In this document: positions 59,190 through 64,000 of the stretch, piece by piece
How positions within the stretch are numbered: the stretch's first letter is position 1
Layout: the number at the start of each line of letters is the position of its first letter
Source: Macrostomum lignano
Lineage: Eukaryota
Direction: 5' to 3'
NCBI GenBank assembly: GCA_002269645.1
Contig: NIVC01000199.1
Location: 372,001-436,000 of the forward strand
Length of the DNA stretch: 64,000 nucleotides
The notes under the pieces: model-generated
Told to the model about the DNA's origin: nothing
What the model saw: the letters and a program-made list of their open reading frames with translations, nothing else
Databases searched by the model: none
Translations under genes and position numbers: made by a program

Positions 59190-59760
59190 ATGTGTTAGAC
59201 AACAGTGTCCTGTGTTAGACAGGGTTGTCCTGTGTTAGACAGGGTTGTCCTGTGTTAGACAGTAGTGTCATGTGTTAGACAGGGTTGTCATGTATTAGAC
59301 AGGGTTGTCATGTTTTAGACAGGGTTGTCATGTTTTAGACAGGGTTGTCATGTGTTAGACAGGGTTGTCATGTGTTAGACAGTAGTGTCATGTGTTAGAC
59401 AGGGTTGTCATGTGTTAGACAGGGTTGTTATGTGTTAGACAGTAGTGTCATGTGTTAGACAGGGTTGTCATGTGTTAGACAGGGTTGTCATGTGTTAGAC
59501 AGGGTTGTCATGTGTTGGACAGGGTTGTTATGTGTTCGACAGTAGTGTCATGTGTTAGACAGGGTTGTTATGTGTTAGACAGGGTTGTTATGTGTTAGAC
59601 AGTAGTGTCATGTGTTTGACAGGGTTGTCACGTTTTAGACAGTAGTGTCATGTGTTAGACAGGGTTGTCATGTGTTAGACAGGGTTGTCATGTGTTAGAC
59701 AGGGTTTTCATGTGTTAGACAACAGTGTCATGTGTTAGACAGGGTTGTCATGTGTTAAAC
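59190..59760. repeat. 20-bp minisatellite 3' of innexin (TGTGTTAGACAGGGTTGTCA)n
   Basis: Period 20. It starts about 40 nt after the stop. Confidence 0.95.
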
Positions 59761-60555
59761 ACATTTCTGCTTCTACAATTTATCGATAGGCAGTTAAAAC
59801 TATCCCAGCCAGTGTTAATATCTGTACCATAGCACAAAATATAAACCGCAATGCTCAAAATTTGAGGTCAAATAAACAGTTTCTAATACAGTTTCCAATA
59901 ACTGCCTGATTTAAACACCAATGCGTTGGCTAAAAATATAAAATTACAAGTAATACGAATGAAACCAAACAAATCCTTTTGATTTCACTAGTGGTTACCT
60001 ATCCAAGGTAATTCACTTTTCAAATGCTTAATCACTTTCTGCTAACCGTGATCATTTATTGTTTTTAATAACATTGCTAAAATCTGCAGTACACTACTAA
60101 TTAAAATGGTTTAGTAGTAGCTCATATAGATTTAGATAGATAGATAGATAGGATAGGATAGGATAGGAGAGTCGACAATCTTTCAGGCCACACAGCTGAA
60201 GTAAATCATGTAGCAGAGTTTAAATAAGCAAGCTTCATCACAGTAAGAAGCTATCAAAACTATGGAAGCAGTGAAGGCACAATGGGCTTCATGTGCGTTT
60301 AAACTAAGGATTAACTGCCCCTGCACTGTTGCAGCTGACTGTATAAACAGCTTGTTCTGTTCCCGCGTTGAATAGGATTTCAATTCCTGCATTTTGCGCA
60401 TCTGTTGTTATTTTAACAGCGCGATTTGCGATTTGAATGAAGGCCCAGTACCTACCAGTAGCTGAGAACTGGGAGACCACTGGCGTACTTGGCAGCTGCA
60501 GCACTTTCTGATGATTTCGTGCTGTCCAAACAGTAATTAATTATTGAGTACAAAT

Positions 60556-62235
<1,680 letters not shown>

Positions 62236-62649
62236 TGATGCACCTTTAGTTAGCAGAAAAAATTACAATATAGAATACTGAGACCGCAATAGCCATACCC
62301 CTGGCGCTCTAATGCTCATACGCAGCCTCATGTCCTGTGCTTTCGATCAGCTGTTTCATTAATCATGTTGCATAGAACAATAGCGTGTGTTGCACTGCCG
62401 CTTGCTGGCAATTTGGGAAGGCTATCAAACCAAAGACAAGAGAATGGTGAGACACTGCAAATTTGCATGAAGTCGGAGGATAAACTTTTAAATAGTTATT
62501 AGTGGTCAAAAAGGCTAGGGGATGAGCTTTTTATAATCCGATTTATCTGACAGACATTTTGTATATTTGAAGAAAGACCAGAAACTAGTAATTTTTAGTT
62601 GTTGTTTCTGGATTTGGCGAAAAAATATGATAGAATATTAGAGTACATT

Positions 62650-63472
62650 GAAGGCTGAGTGTACATTGGGGCTGAGTGGAGGGGGGGTGGGGGACTGGCT
62701 GGGTGTACATTGGAGCTGAGTGGAGGTGGGTGGAGCAGTGGCTGGGTGTACATTGGAGCTGAGTGGAGGTGGGTGGAGCAGTGGCTGGGTGTACATTGGA
62801 GCTGAGTGGAGGTGGGTGGAGCAGTGGCTGGGTGTACATTGGAGCTGAGTGGAGGGGGTGGGGGACTGGCTGGGTGTACATTGGAGCTGAGTGGAGGGGG
62901 TGGGGGACTGGCTGGGTGTACATTGGAGCTGAGTGGAGGGGGTGGGGACTGGCTGGGTGTACATTGGGGCTGAGTGGAGGGGGGTGGGGGACTGGCTGGG
63001 TGTACATTGGAGCTGAGTGGAGGGGGTGGGGGACTGGCTGGGTGTACATTGGAGCTGAGTGGAGGGGGTGGGGGACTGGCTGGGTGTACATTGGAGCTGA
63101 GTGGAGGGGGTGGGGGACTGGCTGGGTGTACATTGGAGCTGAGTGGAGGGGGTGGGGGACTGGCTGGGTGTACATTGGGGCTGAGTGGAGGGGGGTGGGG
63201 GACTGGCTGGGTGTACATTGGGGCTGAGTGGAGGGGGGTGGGGGACTGGCTGGGTGTACATTGGAGCTGAGTGGAGGGGGTGGGGGACTGGCTGGGTGTA
63301 CATTGGAGCTGAGTGGAGGGGTGGGGGACTGGCTGGGTGTACATTGGGGCTGAGTGGAGGGGGGTGGGGGACTGGCTGGGTGTACATTGGAGCTGAGTGG
63401 AGGTGGGTGGAGCAGTGGCTGGGTGTACATTGGAGCTGAGTGGAGGTGGGTGGAGCAGTGGCTGGGTGTACA
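62650..63472. repeat. 42-bp G-rich minisatellite (GGCTGGGTGTACATTGGAGCTGAGTGGAGGGGGTGGGGGACT)n
   Basis: Period 41-43. Confidence 0.95.
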
Positions 63473-63576
63473 CAGAAACAGAGCGCACAGAGCAGAAAGA
63501 AGCTGATTGTCAAACTCAGTCAAAGACTTCTAGAGAATCCCCGACTATAACAAATCAAGACGCCAATTCAAACAGT

Positions 63577-63890
63577 TCACTGCGGTCGGGGGTTTCCGTA
63601 ACCAATAGAAGCCATCAGACTGCAAATCTGTGGCAGCGGCTGTGGCGGCTGCGGCGGCGGTGGCGGCGGCGGCGGGGACCCAAGAGCAGCCGACATGGCT
63701 GCAGCGACTGTCTGCAAGTAGCAGTTGTACAGAGCGTTGCTGCTGCCGCTAAGTGAACAGCTGGGCAAGATGGGAAGGCTGCGACTTCCCTGCTGCGGTT
63801 GCATTGGCCTAAATTGCTGCTGCTGCTGCTGCTGCTGGCACACGAGCGGCTCCGGCAAGCCGAACATGTGCGGCAGCATGGGCAGAAAGC
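63577..63890 (-). CDS. Probable terminal exon of a gene extending beyond the window (Gln/Pro-rich low-complexity C-terminus)
   Basis: Acceptor TTTTTATGTCAG| (phase 1), GC-rich codons, polyQ and polyP tracts, TGA at 63579-63577. No domain identified. Confidence 0.6.
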
Positions 63891-64000
63891 CTGACATAAA
63901 AAGGATTTTAAAAGATTTTCAAATTTAAAAAATGAACAATGTTTTCATGAATTGTGGGGCAGACAAATGCAGGGAGCAGACTCAGGGATGCAGGGAGCAG

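Noticed and set aside
60440-60530. Possible small minus-strand exon (GGACAG|...CTACTG|GTAGGT)
   Set aside because: Splice-like motifs only. There is no partner exon or homology, and the neighbouring gene already has a stop.

Overview
Eukaryotic, repeat-dense animal genomic DNA with spliceosomal GT-AG introns and an innexin. The LINE protein motifs and minisatellite-filled introns suggest a free-living flatworm such as Macrostomum; this is inference only. Genes: a 3-exon secreted Lys/Pro-repeat + 2xWSC protein (minus, 122-1507), then a co-oriented plus-strand trio of TRAP1 (5 exons, 44822-51206), thymidylate kinase DTYMK (2 exons, 52914-54069) and an innexin (3 exons, 57016-59151), and the Gln/Pro-rich last exon of a minus-strand gene entering from the right edge. 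From 2 to 44 kb the window is almost all mobile DNA. It holds P/THAP9, Gypsy, MULE and CMC-type relics, and a 4.9-kb LINE with both ends and a 15-bp TSD but a deleted, YAHD-mutated RT. An 8.8-kb foldback-like structure has inverted arms made of a 161-bp satellite (4.6 vs about 47 copies). A nest of TIR elements with intact TSDs spans 23.5-29.9 kb. Two non-autonomous Helitron/Helentron-like elements have bodies made of 17-bp and 23-bp minisatellite arrays, one with a 3 x 2264-bp higher-order repeat. Nearly every intron and gene flank from 45 to 64 kb carries its own distinct minisatellite, one of which appears seeded from the DTYMK start-codon context. Most long ORFs in the supplied track are repeat artefacts.
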